A DNA stretch of 64,000 bases, taken from contig JAUIJL010000030.1 of NCBI GenBank assembly GCA_030431255.1, positions 23,572 through 87,571 on the forward strand. The letters run 5' to 3'. Made by a program: the position numbers and the translations under genes. Source of the DNA: Thermoanaerobaculia bacterium (GTDB taxonomy: Bacteria; Acidobacteriota; Thermoanaerobaculia; Multivoradales; J023). Below are positions 1 through 10,099 of the stretch, piece by piece. Below the pieces are notes generated by a model. That model was not told where the DNA came from. It saw only the letters and a list, made by a program, of their open reading frames with translations, and made no database searches. Position 1 is the first letter of the stretch, and every line of letters starts with the position of its first letter.

Positions 1-53
1 CTATGTCTTTGAATGTTGCCGTCATTTGAATCGTTGTGTTGAAGGAGCACTTT

Positions 54-3000
54 ATGTTTGTCCCAACCTCTCGTCAGAGGACCGGCCTCGGCATCTCGGC
101 AGCCTTAACCCTAGGTCTTATTCTTTTACCCTCAACGGGGGCCTCGGCCCAGTATTACAGCTCGGTGGATACCACCAACGCCACCACCCTACGCGCCACC
201 TTGCACGAGGTGATCGACGACCACCAACGTTTTCCGTACACGGCCTCGACCACCGACACGTGGGACATCCTCAACCTGGCCGACGAGGATCCCAACGACA
301 TCAACCGCATTGTCGACATCTATAAAAACGCTTCTTACGCCAAGATTTCGGGTGGTGTGGGCGCCTACAATCGAGAGCACTCGTGGCCGAAATCCTACGG
401 TTTCCCCAACGACGGCGACGACAACTCGGCCTACACGGATTGCCATCACCTTTTCGCTTCGGACGCCAGTTATAACTCCGCACGATCCAATAGGCCTTTC
501 CGACAATGCAACTCCGGCTGCACCGAGCACCCCACCGACTTCACGGACGGCCGGGGTGGCGGCTCCGGGGTGTATGCCGGCAACTCCAATTGGGGCACCG
601 GCAATTTCACCCAAGGTACCTGGGAAACCTGGTCGGGACGCAAGGGCGATGTGGCCCGGGCGATGTTCTATATGGACATCCGCTACGAAGGCGGCGTGCA
701 CGGTGGCACGGGCTTTTCCGAGCCGGATCTTCGCTTGACGGACAACGAATCGTTGATCGATCAAAGCAATACGGGCTCGAACGAAAATATCGCCTACATG
801 GGCATGTTGTCCGTGCTGCTGCAATGGCATCTCGAAGATCCCGTGGACGCCCGGGAGCTCTATCGCAACGAGATCGTCTACAGCTTCCAAGGCAATCGAA
901 ATCCCTTCATCGACAATCCCGATTGGGCCCTGTGCATCTACCAAGGCACGAATTGCTCCGGCGGCGGCAGCGACACCACCCCGCCGGCGGCTCCCACGGG
1001 TCTGGCCGCCACCGCCGGCACGAACCAGGTCTCCTTGGTCTGGAACGCCAACGGTGAGCCCGATCTGGCGGGTTATAACGTCTATCGCTCCACCACCTCC
1101 GGCGGCTCTTACACCAAGCTCAACGGTGCCTACGTCACCCAAACGTCCTACACCGACTCCACCGCCGTGGCCGGCACCACCTACTACTACGTGATCGCCG
1201 CCGTCGACACCTCCGGCAACATCTCCAACGACTCCAACGAGAGCTCCGCGACCCCGACCGGTGGCGGCGGAGGGGGTGGTGGCGGAGGAGGGGGCAATCC
1301 CACGGGAGACTTGATCCTCACCGAGGTGCTTTATGACGTCTCGTCCACCGATGACGGCTGGGAGTGGGTGGAGATCTACAACCGCGGAACCAGCACCGTG
1401 GATCTCTCCGCTTGGTCCCTCGGCAACGGCGGCACCACCTACACCACCTCCACGGTGCAGCTCTCCGGCAGCCTCGCCCCCGGCCAGACCTTTGTGGTCG
1501 GCGGTGCCTCATCCGGAGCCACCAACGCCAATCCCACCTACGATCAGGTCTTCAACTTCAGCCCGGATTTCCAGAATAGCGGCACCACCGCCGACGGTGT
1601 GGCCCTCTTCAACGTCACCGCGAGCGCTATTACCTCGTCCACCATTCCAGTGGACGCGGTGGTCTACGGCCCGGCGAACAGCAGCGGCTTGATCGACGAA
1701 ACCGGCTCCGCCAACGCTCCCGAGGTGGGTGACGCCGGACCGGGGTCGTCGATCGAACGCGTCGATCTCGCCGGCAATTGGCAGATTCAAAGCTCGCCGA
1801 CCCCGGGCTCGATCCCCTTCTCCGGTCCGTCGAATACGGCGCCGACCGTGGCCATCTCCAGCCCGAGCCAAGGGTCGACCTTCACCACCGGCTCGACGGT
1901 CGGTTTTACGGGATCCGCCACGGACACCGAGGACGGCGACCTGAGCGCCGGCCTGGTTTGGAGCTCGAACCTCGACGGCCAGATCGGCTCCGGCGGCTCC
2001 TTCTCCACCTCGAGCCTGTCCATCGGCACCCACACGATCACCGCCTCGGTGACCGATTCCGGCGGCCTCTCCGGCCAGGACACCGTCACCGTGACCATTG
2101 AGGATGTGGTCCCGTCCACCGGCGACCTGATCTTGTCGGAGGTCTTCTACGATCCCTCCGGTACCGACGATGGCCTGGAGTGGGTCGAGATCTACAACCG
2201 TGGCACCGGCTCCGTCGATCTTTCCGGTTGGTCCCTGGGCAACGGTGGCACCACCTACACCACCTCGTTGGTACAGCTCAGCGGCACCCTTGCGGCGGGT
2301 GAAACCTTCGTGGTCGGTGGCCCGACCTCCAGCTCCCTGAACGGTTTCCCGGTCTTCGACCAAGCCGTCGACTTCAACCCCGACTTCCAGAACAGCGGCA
2401 CCACCGGCGACGGTGTGGCCCTCTTCAATGTCACCGCCGCGACGGTGACCTCGTCGACGGTGCCCGTGGACGCGGTGGTTTACGGTCCCAACAACGGTAG
2501 CGGCCTGATCGACGAGAGCGGCTCCGCCGGTGCTCCCGAGGTCGGCGACGCGCCGTCCGGCTCCTCGATCGAACGCATCGACCAAGCCGGCAATTGGCAG
2601 ATCCAAGGCGTGCCGACCCCCAACAGCACGCCGCTCAACGGACCGCCCGCCAACACCGCGCCGAGCGCGTCGATCAGCACGCCGACGTCGGGCTCGGTGT
2701 TCGTTGAAGGTGATCCGGTGAGCTTCGCCGGCTCCGCCTCGGACGCCGAGGACGGCGACCTCTCCGCGAGCTTGGTGTGGACCTCGGACCTGGACGGTCA
2801 GATCGGCGTCGGTGCCTCGTTCTCGTCGTCGGGTCTGTCGGTCGGAAATCACACTCTCTCCGTATCGGTCACCGACTCCGGCGGCCTGAGCGCCGGCGAC
2901 AGCGTTTCGATCGAGGTGCAGCCGGCCGGCGGGCCCACCACGGTCACCTTCACTTCCATCGGCGGTGAGGACGGCTGGGTCCGAGAGTCGAGCGAGAATT

Positions 3001-3512
3001 CGAGCGTCGGTGGGCGGACCAATTCCGGCTCGTCCAACACCAGCGCCTTGCGCCTCGGCGACAACAATCGAGATCGACAATACGTGGGTATCGTTTCCTT
3101 CGACACCTCGTCCCTGCCGGCCGGCGCGACCATCACCTCGGTGACCCTGCGGGTCAAGCGGGGCACTTTGGTCGGCTCCAATCCGTTCAGCGGCGGCTTC
3201 GGTCAGGCGGAGGTGGACGTCCAAAGCGGCGGCTTCTCGGGCTCGACCAGCTTGCAGAACAGCGATTTCGAGGCCTCGGCGACCGCTCCCGGAGCGGGCA
3301 CCCTGTCGAACCCGGCCGCCGATGGGGATTGGTCGGAAGCGGTGCTCGGCGCTTCCGGGCTGGCGGCGATCAACACCTCGGGAACCACCCAGCTACGATT
3401 CGGTTTCCAATTGGGTGACAACGACGACGGCGGCAACGACTACGTCGGTTTCTATTCCGGCGACCACAGCGACAGCGCCAACCACCCGCAGCTGGTGGTG
3501 ACCTACCAATAG
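54..3512 (+). CDS. Secreted endonuclease I (EndA/Bsn-like) with Fn3, two lamin-tail (LTD)+Ig-like modules and a C-terminal beta-sandwich domain
   Basis: Signal peptide; motifs YNREHSWPKS, TDCHHLF, KGDVARAMFYMDIRY and QGNRNPFIDNP; Fn3 'DTTPPAAPTGLAA...DLAGYNVYRS'; two LTDs 'LIL(T/S)EV.YD...EWVEIYN'. Start moved from 36 to ATG at 54 because AAGGAG lies at 42-47. Confidence 0.9.
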   Translation: MFVPTSRQRTGLGISAALTLGLILLPSTGASAQYYSSVDTTNATTLRATLHEVIDDHQRFPYTASTTDTWDILNLADEDPNDINRIVDIYKNASYAKISGGVGAYNREHSWPKSYGFPNDGDDNSAYTDCHHLFASDASYNSARSNRPFRQCNSGCTEHPTDFTDGRGGGSGVYAGNSNWGTGNFTQGTWETWSGRKGDVARAMFYMDIRYEGGVHGGTGFSEPDLRLTDNESLIDQSNTGSNENIAYMGMLSVLLQWHLEDPVDARELYRNEIVYSFQGNRNPFIDNPDWALCIYQGTNCSGGGSDTTPPAAPTGLAATAGTNQVSLVWNANGEPDLAGYNVYRSTTSGGSYTKLNGAYVTQTSYTDSTAVAGTTYYYVIAAVDTSGNISNDSNESSATPTGGGGGGGGGGGGNPTGDLILTEVLYDVSSTDDGWEWVEIYNRGTSTVDLSAWSLGNGGTTYTTSTVQLSGSLAPGQTFVVGGASSGATNANPTYDQVFNFSPDFQNSGTTADGVALFNVTASAITSSTIPVDAVVYGPANSSGLIDETGSANAPEVGDAGPGSSIERVDLAGNWQIQSSPTPGSIPFSGPSNTAPTVAISSPSQGSTFTTGSTVGFTGSATDTEDGDLSAGLVWSSNLDGQIGSGGSFSTSSLSIGTHTITASVTDSGGLSGQDTVTVTIEDVVPSTGDLILSEVFYDPSGTDDGLEWVEIYNRGTGSVDLSGWSLGNGGTTYTTSLVQLSGTLAAGETFVVGGPTSSSLNGFPVFDQAVDFNPDFQNSGTTGDGVALFNVTAATVTSSTVPVDAVVYGPNNGSGLIDESGSAGAPEVGDAPSGSSIERIDQAGNWQIQGVPTPNSTPLNGPPANTAPSASISTPTSGSVFVEGDPVSFAGSASDAEDGDLSASLVWTSDLDGQIGVGASFSSSGLSVGNHTLSVSVTDSGGLSAGDSVSIEVQPAGGPTTVTFTSIGGEDGWVRESSENSSVGGRTNSGSSNTSALRLGDNNRDRQYVGIVSFDTSSLPAGATITSVTLRVKRGTLVGSNPFSGGFGQAEVDVQSGGFSGSTSLQNSDFEASATAPGAGTLSNPAADGDWSEAVLGASGLAAINTSGTTQLRFGFQLGDNDDGGNDYVGFYSGDHSDSANHPQLVVTYQ
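1299..2920 (+). repeat. Intragenic tandem duplication of an LTD+Ig-like module (about 270 aa, two copies)
   Basis: Near-identical blocks such as WVEIYNRGT, WSLGNGGTTYTTS, PDFQNSGTT and EDGDLSA.LVW.S.LDGQIG occur at about 1299-2100 and 2115-2920. Boundaries approximate. Confidence 0.85.
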
Positions 3513-3520
3513 GGCCGATT

Positions 3521-3547
3521 CGCCGGCCGGAGCAGCTCCGGCCGGCG
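3521..3547 (+). terminator. GC-rich hairpin just after the nuclease gene
   Basis: CGCCGGCCGGAG-CAG-CTCCGGCCGGCG is a perfect 12-bp stem, but the U-tract is weak. Confidence 0.5.
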
Positions 3548-3940
3548 CTTCCCCACCATTCTCTCATCCAGGCTTTCTCATGCTGATGGGGTTGTCAGAA
3601 GCGATCACTTATATTGGTCAATTTAACTGGCACCCCAGAGCGTAATTCAAGTCTTAACCGCATTGATTCACAATCCAACTATTGAGTCGCCCGACCTTTC
3701 GCCTGATCAGAAAAGTCGGTCGACGCGAAATTTCATATTGCCCTTCGGGGCTTCCATCTCGGTTACCACCTCACTGGGGCCCGCTCTCCGCCCAACTCCC
3801 CGGACCGCCGAACGGTCCCTGGCCGCCGGTTTTGCCGCGGACGTTTTCACGTCGGCTCCGCGGAGCATCCAACCCATCTATTCGCCCATCTCTCTGATCT
3901 CCAGCTTGCTAGCTGTCGATACGGCGTCTAAACTGAAACC

Positions 3941-5926
3941 GTGAGCAAGTCGAGCTCGGAGCACTACCCCATTCCCAAGCAGGTCGGGCCCTACCGGATC
4001 AAGAGTCGGCTCGGCGTGGGTGGGATGGGTGCGGTCTATAAGGCCTACGACGATCGCCTGAAGCGCACAGTCGCGATCAAACACATCTTGCCCCACATCG
4101 CCGGCGATGAGTCCTCCCGCCACCGCCTGCGCCGGGAGGCCCAGGCCGCCGCCAGCCTCAGCCATCCATCCATCGTCCAAATCTTCGACATCTTCGAAGC
4201 CCACGGCTTCGATTGGATCGTGATGGAATTCGTCGATGGCGACCGATTGCAGGTGTTGATCGAAGACAACCGCGTCGGCTTGGCGGAGGCTGTGGGTTTG
4301 TCTCGGGAAATCGCCGAGGGGCTGGCGGAAGCCCACAGCAAAGGCATTGTGCACCGGGATCTGAAGACCGAGAACGTCATGGTCACCCGGGCCTTCCACG
4401 CCAAAATCCTCGATTTCGGCCTGGCGAAAAATATGTTCGGCAACAGCGGCAAGCTCAGCTCCGACTCCGAGGAGATCACGGATCTGGGAGCCATCCTGGG
4501 CACCGGCCGAGCCATGTCGCCGGAACAAGCCATGGGCGAGGAGGTGGATCACCGCTCCGATCTCTTTTCCCTCGGCACTTTGATGTTCGAGACCGTCACC
4601 GGCCGTTCGCCGTTTGCCGGCAACAGCGTTTACAACACCTTGGCCAAGGTCTGTAGCGCCCGCCAGACTCCGGCCCGGGAGGTCAATCGCCACGTTCCGG
4701 TGGAGCTGTCCAATCTGATCGACCGATTGCTGGAGAAGAATCCCGAGCATCGACCCCAATCCGCCCGCGAGGTGATCGTCGAGCTGAGGGTGATCGAAAA
4801 GCTACCGCTGCCGGAATGGGGTGGTGTCTACGGCCCTCATGGAGACGAGACCGCCGAGCCGAGCGTCGACTTTCTGGATCTCGATCCCGCCCAGCTACCA
4901 CCCCCGGATCGTCCGCCCATGGCCTCAAGGCTGAGCGAGCTCGCGGCCTTTGGCAAGACGTCCTTCGGCAGGACGTCCTTCAGTAAGGCAACCTTCGGCA
5001 AGACGACGGCTTCCAGATCCCTTGCCGGCTCCGATGACGCTCCTTCGTCGGACCCGAATCTAGCGCCGACCTTACCCCCGGGCGGTGCGCTGCGATTACC
5101 CGCGCGGTCGCAGCGTCGTGGCGACGACACACCGCCCCTCACGGAGCTACCACCGTTGTCCACCAGCCAAGAGCTGACGGAAATCATCGGCCGCAGCCCC
5201 CGCAGCAAGATTTCCGCCAATAGCGCTACCGCCGAAATGCCTGTGTACGCGCCGGTCAAGCTGTCGATGGACACGGATTCCGCCACTTCCGTCACCACCC
5301 GACCCCAATCCGGCATCTATTTGCGCGCGGTGCTGGCCATCCAGCTCGAAAAAGCCGACGGCCAACCGCCGAATAAGCGGATCCAAACCCTCTTCCATCG
5401 CAAGCTGCGGTATTTCTCCCTGGAATACGAAGGCCAACAGGCGGAGGCCGACCAGCTCAGCCTCCTGCTTTTCGAACGCCCCAGTCTGGCCCATCAATGC
5501 GCCTTGGCCTGCCTCCACTGGGCCGAGGAGCTGCCCGACGAGCCCGCCGTTCATATCCGGGCGGGTCTGCACATGGGGGAGCTGGTGCTCGCCCACCAGG
5601 GTCTACAGCTGCAAGTGGCCGGAAGAACCCTGGAGGTCGCCTGTGATCTCTTGGACATTGCCCAACAAGGCCAGGTCCTCGTGACGCCGGCGATCTACCA
5701 CCTGACCCAACGGGCCTTGGGTGAGAGCTCCAGCTCCGATTCGGACGGCAGCTGGGTCGAGCACGGCCCCTATTACGTGCACCGCTTGCGGGAGACCCTC
5801 GAGGTGCGGACGTTGGCGATCCGGGAAGATCTGGGGCGCCGTGAGCCCGCCGAGAGCACCGGCATCCGTCGATTGGCCGCGGGAGCCGTCGAGACCGACA
5901 GCGAGTCCGTCGATACCCGTCAATAG
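3941..5926 (+). CDS. Hanks-type Ser/Thr protein kinase with a C-terminal degenerate class III nucleotidyl cyclase-like domain
   Basis: LGVGGMGAVY, VAIK, HRDLKTEN, DFGLAK, MSPEQ and DLFSLG; C-terminal 'HIRAGLHMGELV...GQVLVT' is cyclase-like. Confidence 0.9.
   Translation: MSKSSSEHYPIPKQVGPYRIKSRLGVGGMGAVYKAYDDRLKRTVAIKHILPHIAGDESSRHRLRREAQAAASLSHPSIVQIFDIFEAHGFDWIVMEFVDGDRLQVLIEDNRVGLAEAVGLSREIAEGLAEAHSKGIVHRDLKTENVMVTRAFHAKILDFGLAKNMFGNSGKLSSDSEEITDLGAILGTGRAMSPEQAMGEEVDHRSDLFSLGTLMFETVTGRSPFAGNSVYNTLAKVCSARQTPAREVNRHVPVELSNLIDRLLEKNPEHRPQSAREVIVELRVIEKLPLPEWGGVYGPHGDETAEPSVDFLDLDPAQLPPPDRPPMASRLSELAAFGKTSFGRTSFSKATFGKTTASRSLAGSDDAPSSDPNLAPTLPPGGALRLPARSQRRGDDTPPLTELPPLSTSQELTEIIGRSPRSKISANSATAEMPVYAPVKLSMDTDSATSVTTRPQSGIYLRAVLAIQLEKADGQPPNKRIQTLFHRKLRYFSLEYEGQQAEADQLSLLLFERPSLAHQCALACLHWAEELPDEPAVHIRAGLHMGELVLAHQGLQLQVAGRTLEVACDLLDIAQQGQVLVTPAIYHLTQRALGESSSSDSDGSWVEHGPYYVHRLRETLEVRTLAIREDLGRREPAESTGIRRLAAGAVETDSESVDTRQ
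4947..5006 (+). repeat. Four 15-bp in-frame tandem repeats (FGKTS-like) in the kinase linker
   Basis: cctttggcaagacgt / ccttcggcaggacgt / ccttcagtaaggcaa / ccttcggcaagacga. Confidence 0.8.
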
Positions 5927-8898
5927 GCTCCTGGAATCAGCTGGAACACGCCCAGGTCCACGGACCGATCGGCTGAAATACTGACGAATTGATACGCCCG
6001 CTCCCCGATGACCAGGGAGTAGACCCCCGGAGCCATATCCTCGATACGGAAGGTGCCGTCATCGTGGCTGCGCAGCTCGGCGAGAAAACGGTTGTCGGCC
6101 ACATCGCGCAGCCGAATGCGCACCCCGGAGACTTGCTGCCCGGAGAGGGTTTCCAATCGCCCGGTCACCACGCTGGACGACAGCCGCATGGTCACACTTT
6201 CCAGCTCCGCCTCGTCGGGATCCGCGGTCGATTCAAATCCGACGCCCAAGGACGTTCCGCTACCGATAGCGGGCCCGTCGACGGCGCCGAGGGTTCCCAA
6301 ATAGATCTGCTCGTCAAATTGGGTCCGCTCGTTCCAGCGATGGAGGAAGACGTCCGGCGGCAAGTCGCCCATTTGGCGCAGCTGGAAGAGGCCGTTCCCG
6401 AGGGTCACCGCTCGTTGCCGGCTGCCCGCCCCTCGCAGAATGACCTGGCTGCGGGCCGTGCGCTCCGCGGGCAAGAGCTGGAGCTGTAGGACGGGACGGC
6501 CGGTATCGAAACGCACCGTGGTGATGTCGCCCGCCTGGACCCGCACGAAGCGCTGCTCCGCGTCTCGGGTTTCGACCACCGTGGTGCCGGTGACGTCGAA
6601 TCGGGGCCTCTCGACGAAATATCCTCCGGGCGCCAAGGCGGTCGACAGGGCCTCGCCCCGGGAATCGGTTTCCATGGAAGGGATCGGCACCGGCGAATCG
6701 GAGGATCGAGCGGACGGCACGGTGCTCAGAACAATGCCCAGAGTGCATCCGGAGCACGGATGGCCGTCGTCCGACGAGGCATCGCCGACGATAGCCCGAA
6801 TCCAGCCCCCTCGGGACAGCTCGATGGTCCGGGCGGGCTCCGAATCGGCAGCCTTCTGAGCCGCCACATTCCACACGACGCTCACCGCCGGTCGATCCGG
6901 CGACGCCACCCTCAACACCAAATCCAGATCTCCCCCGGCGCTGACCTCAAACTCACCCTCCGCGTTGGAAAGGCTTTCCGCCAGGCCTTCGGGCTCGATC
7001 ACTCGGATCGATGCGCCGGCGATCGGTGAGCCGTCTTCCGCGGCGACGACTCGTCCGATGAGGGTCGTCGCGGCCGGCAAGAAAATCAAACCGATATCCA
7101 AGGTCTGCCCAGCCGTCAGGGAGACCTCCCCCGTCCACGGCTCGAAGCCCGGGGCTGCCAGGGTCAAACGCCAATTTCCGGGTGAGAGACCGTGGAGCTC
7201 AAAGTTGCCTTCCGCGTCGGCGACGCTGCTCGCCACCTTGCTGAGGGCCACAGAGCTAAAGGACACAGAACCGGGCGCGGCAGCGCCCGCAGCGGATCGG
7301 GAAGGATCGGCGGCAGGCTCCGCCGAAGCGGTGACCGTCGGTCTGGATGGGACGTCCACGGCATCGGTATCCCCGAAGACGGATGGCTCGGGCACCGGCT
7401 CCAGCCCGAAATCCGCGGCGGAGACCACACCGACCACCGACGCGAGCTCGGACAGCTCGCAATCCAGGCTGACCGGCAAAAGCTCGAATTCCTGCTGCCA
7501 CGAGACGAATCCCTGGGCATCGCAGCTGATCGTCACCGGCATCTCTGCCGACAAACCGCTCATCCTCACCAAGCCGTCCCCATCGCTGCGGGCCCTGAGC
7601 TCGGTCCAGCTCACGGGGTCGAAACCTTGGCGGGCCAGCACCCGAGCGCCTTCGACGGCCTCGCCGTTTTGATCGACCGCGCGCACCTCCAGGGATAAAC
7701 CGGCCGGCACATCGATGTCGCCGAGCTGGAATGGAAGTTGGCTCCCCTGAGCAGAATTCTCCGGCGCTTCGGGATCTTCCAAAGGATCCGGCTCGGGCAA
7801 CGAAAAGGCCACGCGGTGTAGCTGGGCCGTGGGCAGATGGGCTTCGAGCACGTAGTCACCGGCCGCCGTCGGCGGAATCTCGAATTGACCCGAATCGTCG
7901 GTGCTCACGAACCGACGCAAGCCCGCAAGGGTCTCGGCGCCTTCCACATCAGACGCATCCATGGAATTCGGCCGCGGCACGCGGAACGGCACGGTGAACG
8001 GGCGCTCAGCCGTCAAGCCCGCGGGGATCAAATAGATCCGAGCCTCGGCGACCGGCAACCCTTCTTGGACCACCCTGCCGACCGTGGACCGCCCGCGGAC
8101 AGGCTCCAGCAGAACCGTCAGGTCCGACGCCTCGATATCGCGACGCAGGGAGGCTGCCGGGGCGGAGTCGTCCAAGACATCCTGCTGGGCCTCCACATCC
8201 CGCTCCGCGGGCCCCGGGAAGGGCACCGATCGATACAGGAAGTGGCGCTCGCAAGCGACCCCGAAACCCAACGCGCCAAAACACACCATGGCCGGACCCG
8301 TGGGCACCTGGGGCTCAAACCCAAAGGATTCGATGTCCTGCCCCTGGTCTGTATCTGTTTCCAGGTCCGTGTCTGAATCTGCGCCCGTGTCTGTGACTGC
8401 GTCCGTGTCTGTGACTGCGTCCGCGTCTGAATCCGGATCTCCATCGCCGGCACCCTCCGCCGATGCGCCGCGATCATTCAATCGATGGAAGCTGGGGGCC
8501 GCGTCACCGATCAACGGAGTGACCTCCACCCACCAAGTCGACGCTGCGGCTCCCTCATCTTCGGCGGAGATTTCTATCCGAGACCGGGAAATCTCGACGG
8601 GTGGATCCTCCGGCTCGGCGGACTCGGACGTCTGGATCTCCGGCTGCGGCTGGATCTCCGGCTGTGGCGACGAGGCTTGCGGCGCCGCGGTTTCCGGGAT
8701 GTCTTGGGCACCGACCATGAAGGCGGTCGAGGTCAGGAGTAGGATGGCGACAGCCCCAAAGCGGAGTGAAAATCCGTGAATCCTGCGACCCGGGCGGAAT
8801 CGGAGGGGTAAATTCCGACGGATACGTTGACGGATACGTTTGGGATCGGACAGTCTGTGGCGGGACGGTGCCTCAGATGGCAGCGTTTCGAATCTCAC
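5920..8898 (-). CDS. Secreted or membrane-anchored protein with several carboxypeptidase-regulatory-like (transthyretin-fold) domains
   Basis: 992-aa ORF with an N-terminal hydrophobic segment and repeated 'G.VV...G.P...A.V...D..G.F....L.PG.Y.L' units; acidic 18-bp repeats (DAVTDT) at about 8340-8430. Start uncertain. Confidence 0.75.
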   Translation of the reverse strand: MRFETLPSEAPSRHRLSDPKRIRQRIRRNLPLRFRPGRRIHGFSLRFGAVAILLLTSTAFMVGAQDIPETAAPQASSPQPEIQPQPEIQTSESAEPEDPPVEISRSRIEISAEDEGAAASTWWVEVTPLIGDAAPSFHRLNDRGASAEGAGDGDPDSDADAVTDTDAVTDTGADSDTDLETDTDQGQDIESFGFEPQVPTGPAMVCFGALGFGVACERHFLYRSVPFPGPAERDVEAQQDVLDDSAPAASLRRDIEASDLTVLLEPVRGRSTVGRVVQEGLPVAEARIYLIPAGLTAERPFTVPFRVPRPNSMDASDVEGAETLAGLRRFVSTDDSGQFEIPPTAAGDYVLEAHLPTAQLHRVAFSLPEPDPLEDPEAPENSAQGSQLPFQLGDIDVPAGLSLEVRAVDQNGEAVEGARVLARQGFDPVSWTELRARSDGDGLVRMSGLSAEMPVTISCDAQGFVSWQQEFELLPVSLDCELSELASVVGVVSAADFGLEPVPEPSVFGDTDAVDVPSRPTVTASAEPAADPSRSAAGAAAPGSVSFSSVALSKVASSVADAEGNFELHGLSPGNWRLTLAAPGFEPWTGEVSLTAGQTLDIGLIFLPAATTLIGRVVAAEDGSPIAGASIRVIEPEGLAESLSNAEGEFEVSAGGDLDLVLRVASPDRPAVSVVWNVAAQKAADSEPARTIELSRGGWIRAIVGDASSDDGHPCSGCTLGIVLSTVPSARSSDSPVPIPSMETDSRGEALSTALAPGGYFVERPRFDVTGTTVVETRDAEQRFVRVQAGDITTVRFDTGRPVLQLQLLPAERTARSQVILRGAGSRQRAVTLGNGLFQLRQMGDLPPDVFLHRWNERTQFDEQIYLGTLGAVDGPAIGSGTSLGVGFESTADPDEAELESVTMRLSSSVVTGRLETLSGQQVSGVRIRLRDVADNRFLAELRSHDDGTFRIEDMAPGVYSLVIGERAYQFVSISADRSVDLGVFQLIPGAY

Positions 8899-9004
8899 GT
8901 GGGCGGGCTCCGTGGTCGGCTCTGCGAAGTGTCTACATCAGTTCTACGTCAACCCGGCCCGATTGTCACGGTCCGCAACCTATTCTCGCCCTCTCTAGCT
9001 GTCG

Positions 9005-10093
9005 ATGCCCGCTCCCTATACATTGATCGACCTCTTCGCCGGCGCCGGCGGCATGACCCTCGGATTCACGCTCTTGAAAAACGGGCGCCGCCGAGCATTT
9101 CAGCCGATCTGGGCCAGCGACTTCAATCGCCACGCGGTCGCCACCTACAACGCTAATTTCGGCGACCACTGCCGACACGGCGACATCGTGGACCTGCTCG
9201 ACGACCCGGCCACCCAAATTCCGTCCGCGGACGTGGTGATCGGTGGACCTCCTTGCCAGGGATTCAGCTTGCTCAACCGCAATCGCCGCGTCGACCCACG
9301 AAAACAGCTGTGGCGTCCGTTCATGGACATCGTGCGCCGATCCGGCGCGCGGGTCTTCGCCATGGAAAACGTGCGTCAGCTGCTGGGCTCGGAGGAGCTG
9401 GAGGAGATTCGCGAAGTCGCCGAGGACCAGGGTTTCCAGGTCACCGACGCCCTGCTGTGCGCGGCGGACTACGGCGTGCCCCAGGAACGCTACCGCGCCT
9501 TCGTCGTCGGCTCGCGTCTCGGTCCACCGAGCCCTGCTTTTCCGCCCATGCCCAGTCATGGCAAATCCGCCGACACCGGGCCATTGCCCCCTTGGCGCAC
9601 CGTGCACGACGCCATCGCCGATCTACCGACCCCGGTGGGAACGACCCTGCATGACTTGCCCGCACCGTTGGATCTTCACTTCGGCAGATCGCCGACGGAA
9701 AAAAGCCGCCTGCGTTACCGCGCCGTGCCCCCCGGCGGCAACCGCTTCGATCTCCAACGCAACGCCCCGGACCTGACCCCGGACTGTTGGATTCGCAAAA
9801 AAACCGGCGGCACCGACCTCTTCGGTCGACTGTGGTGGGATCGCCCTTCGGTGACCATCCGAACGGAATTCTTCAAGCCGGAAAAAGGCCGTTACCTGCA
9901 CCCCGACCAACATCGACCCATCACCCACCGGGAAGCCGCGCGGCTGCAATCGTTTCCCGACGACTTCATCTTCAAGGGCAACAAAAGCGAGATCGCCCGA
10001 CAAATCGGCAACGCGGTTCCACCCCTGCTCGGCCGCGCCGTCGCCCAATCCGTGTTGGACATCCTGCAGGCGGCGGATTCCAGTCGCCGATAG
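9005..10093 (+). CDS. dcm: DNA (cytosine-5)-methyltransferase, apparently orphan
   Basis: C5-MTase motifs in order: DLFAGAGG, GGPPCQGFS, MENV, YGVPQERYR, THREAARLQSFPDDF, QIGNAVPP. Confidence 0.93.
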   Translation: MPAPYTLIDLFAGAGGMTLGFTLLKNGRRRAFQPIWASDFNRHAVATYNANFGDHCRHGDIVDLLDDPATQIPSADVVIGGPPCQGFSLLNRNRRVDPRKQLWRPFMDIVRRSGARVFAMENVRQLLGSEELEEIREVAEDQGFQVTDALLCAADYGVPQERYRAFVVGSRLGPPSPAFPPMPSHGKSADTGPLPPWRTVHDAIADLPTPVGTTLHDLPAPLDLHFGRSPTEKSRLRYRAVPPGGNRFDLQRNAPDLTPDCWIRKKTGGTDLFGRLWWDRPSVTIRTEFFKPEKGRYLHPDQHRPITHREAARLQSFPDDFIFKGNKSEIARQIGNAVPPLLGRAVAQSVLDILQAADSSRR

Positions 10094-10099
10094 CGCCAG

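Noticed and set aside
3628-3643. TGGCAC upstream of the kinase as a sigma54 promoter
   Set aside because: The GC is one base off the required -24/-12 spacing and TTGC is absent.
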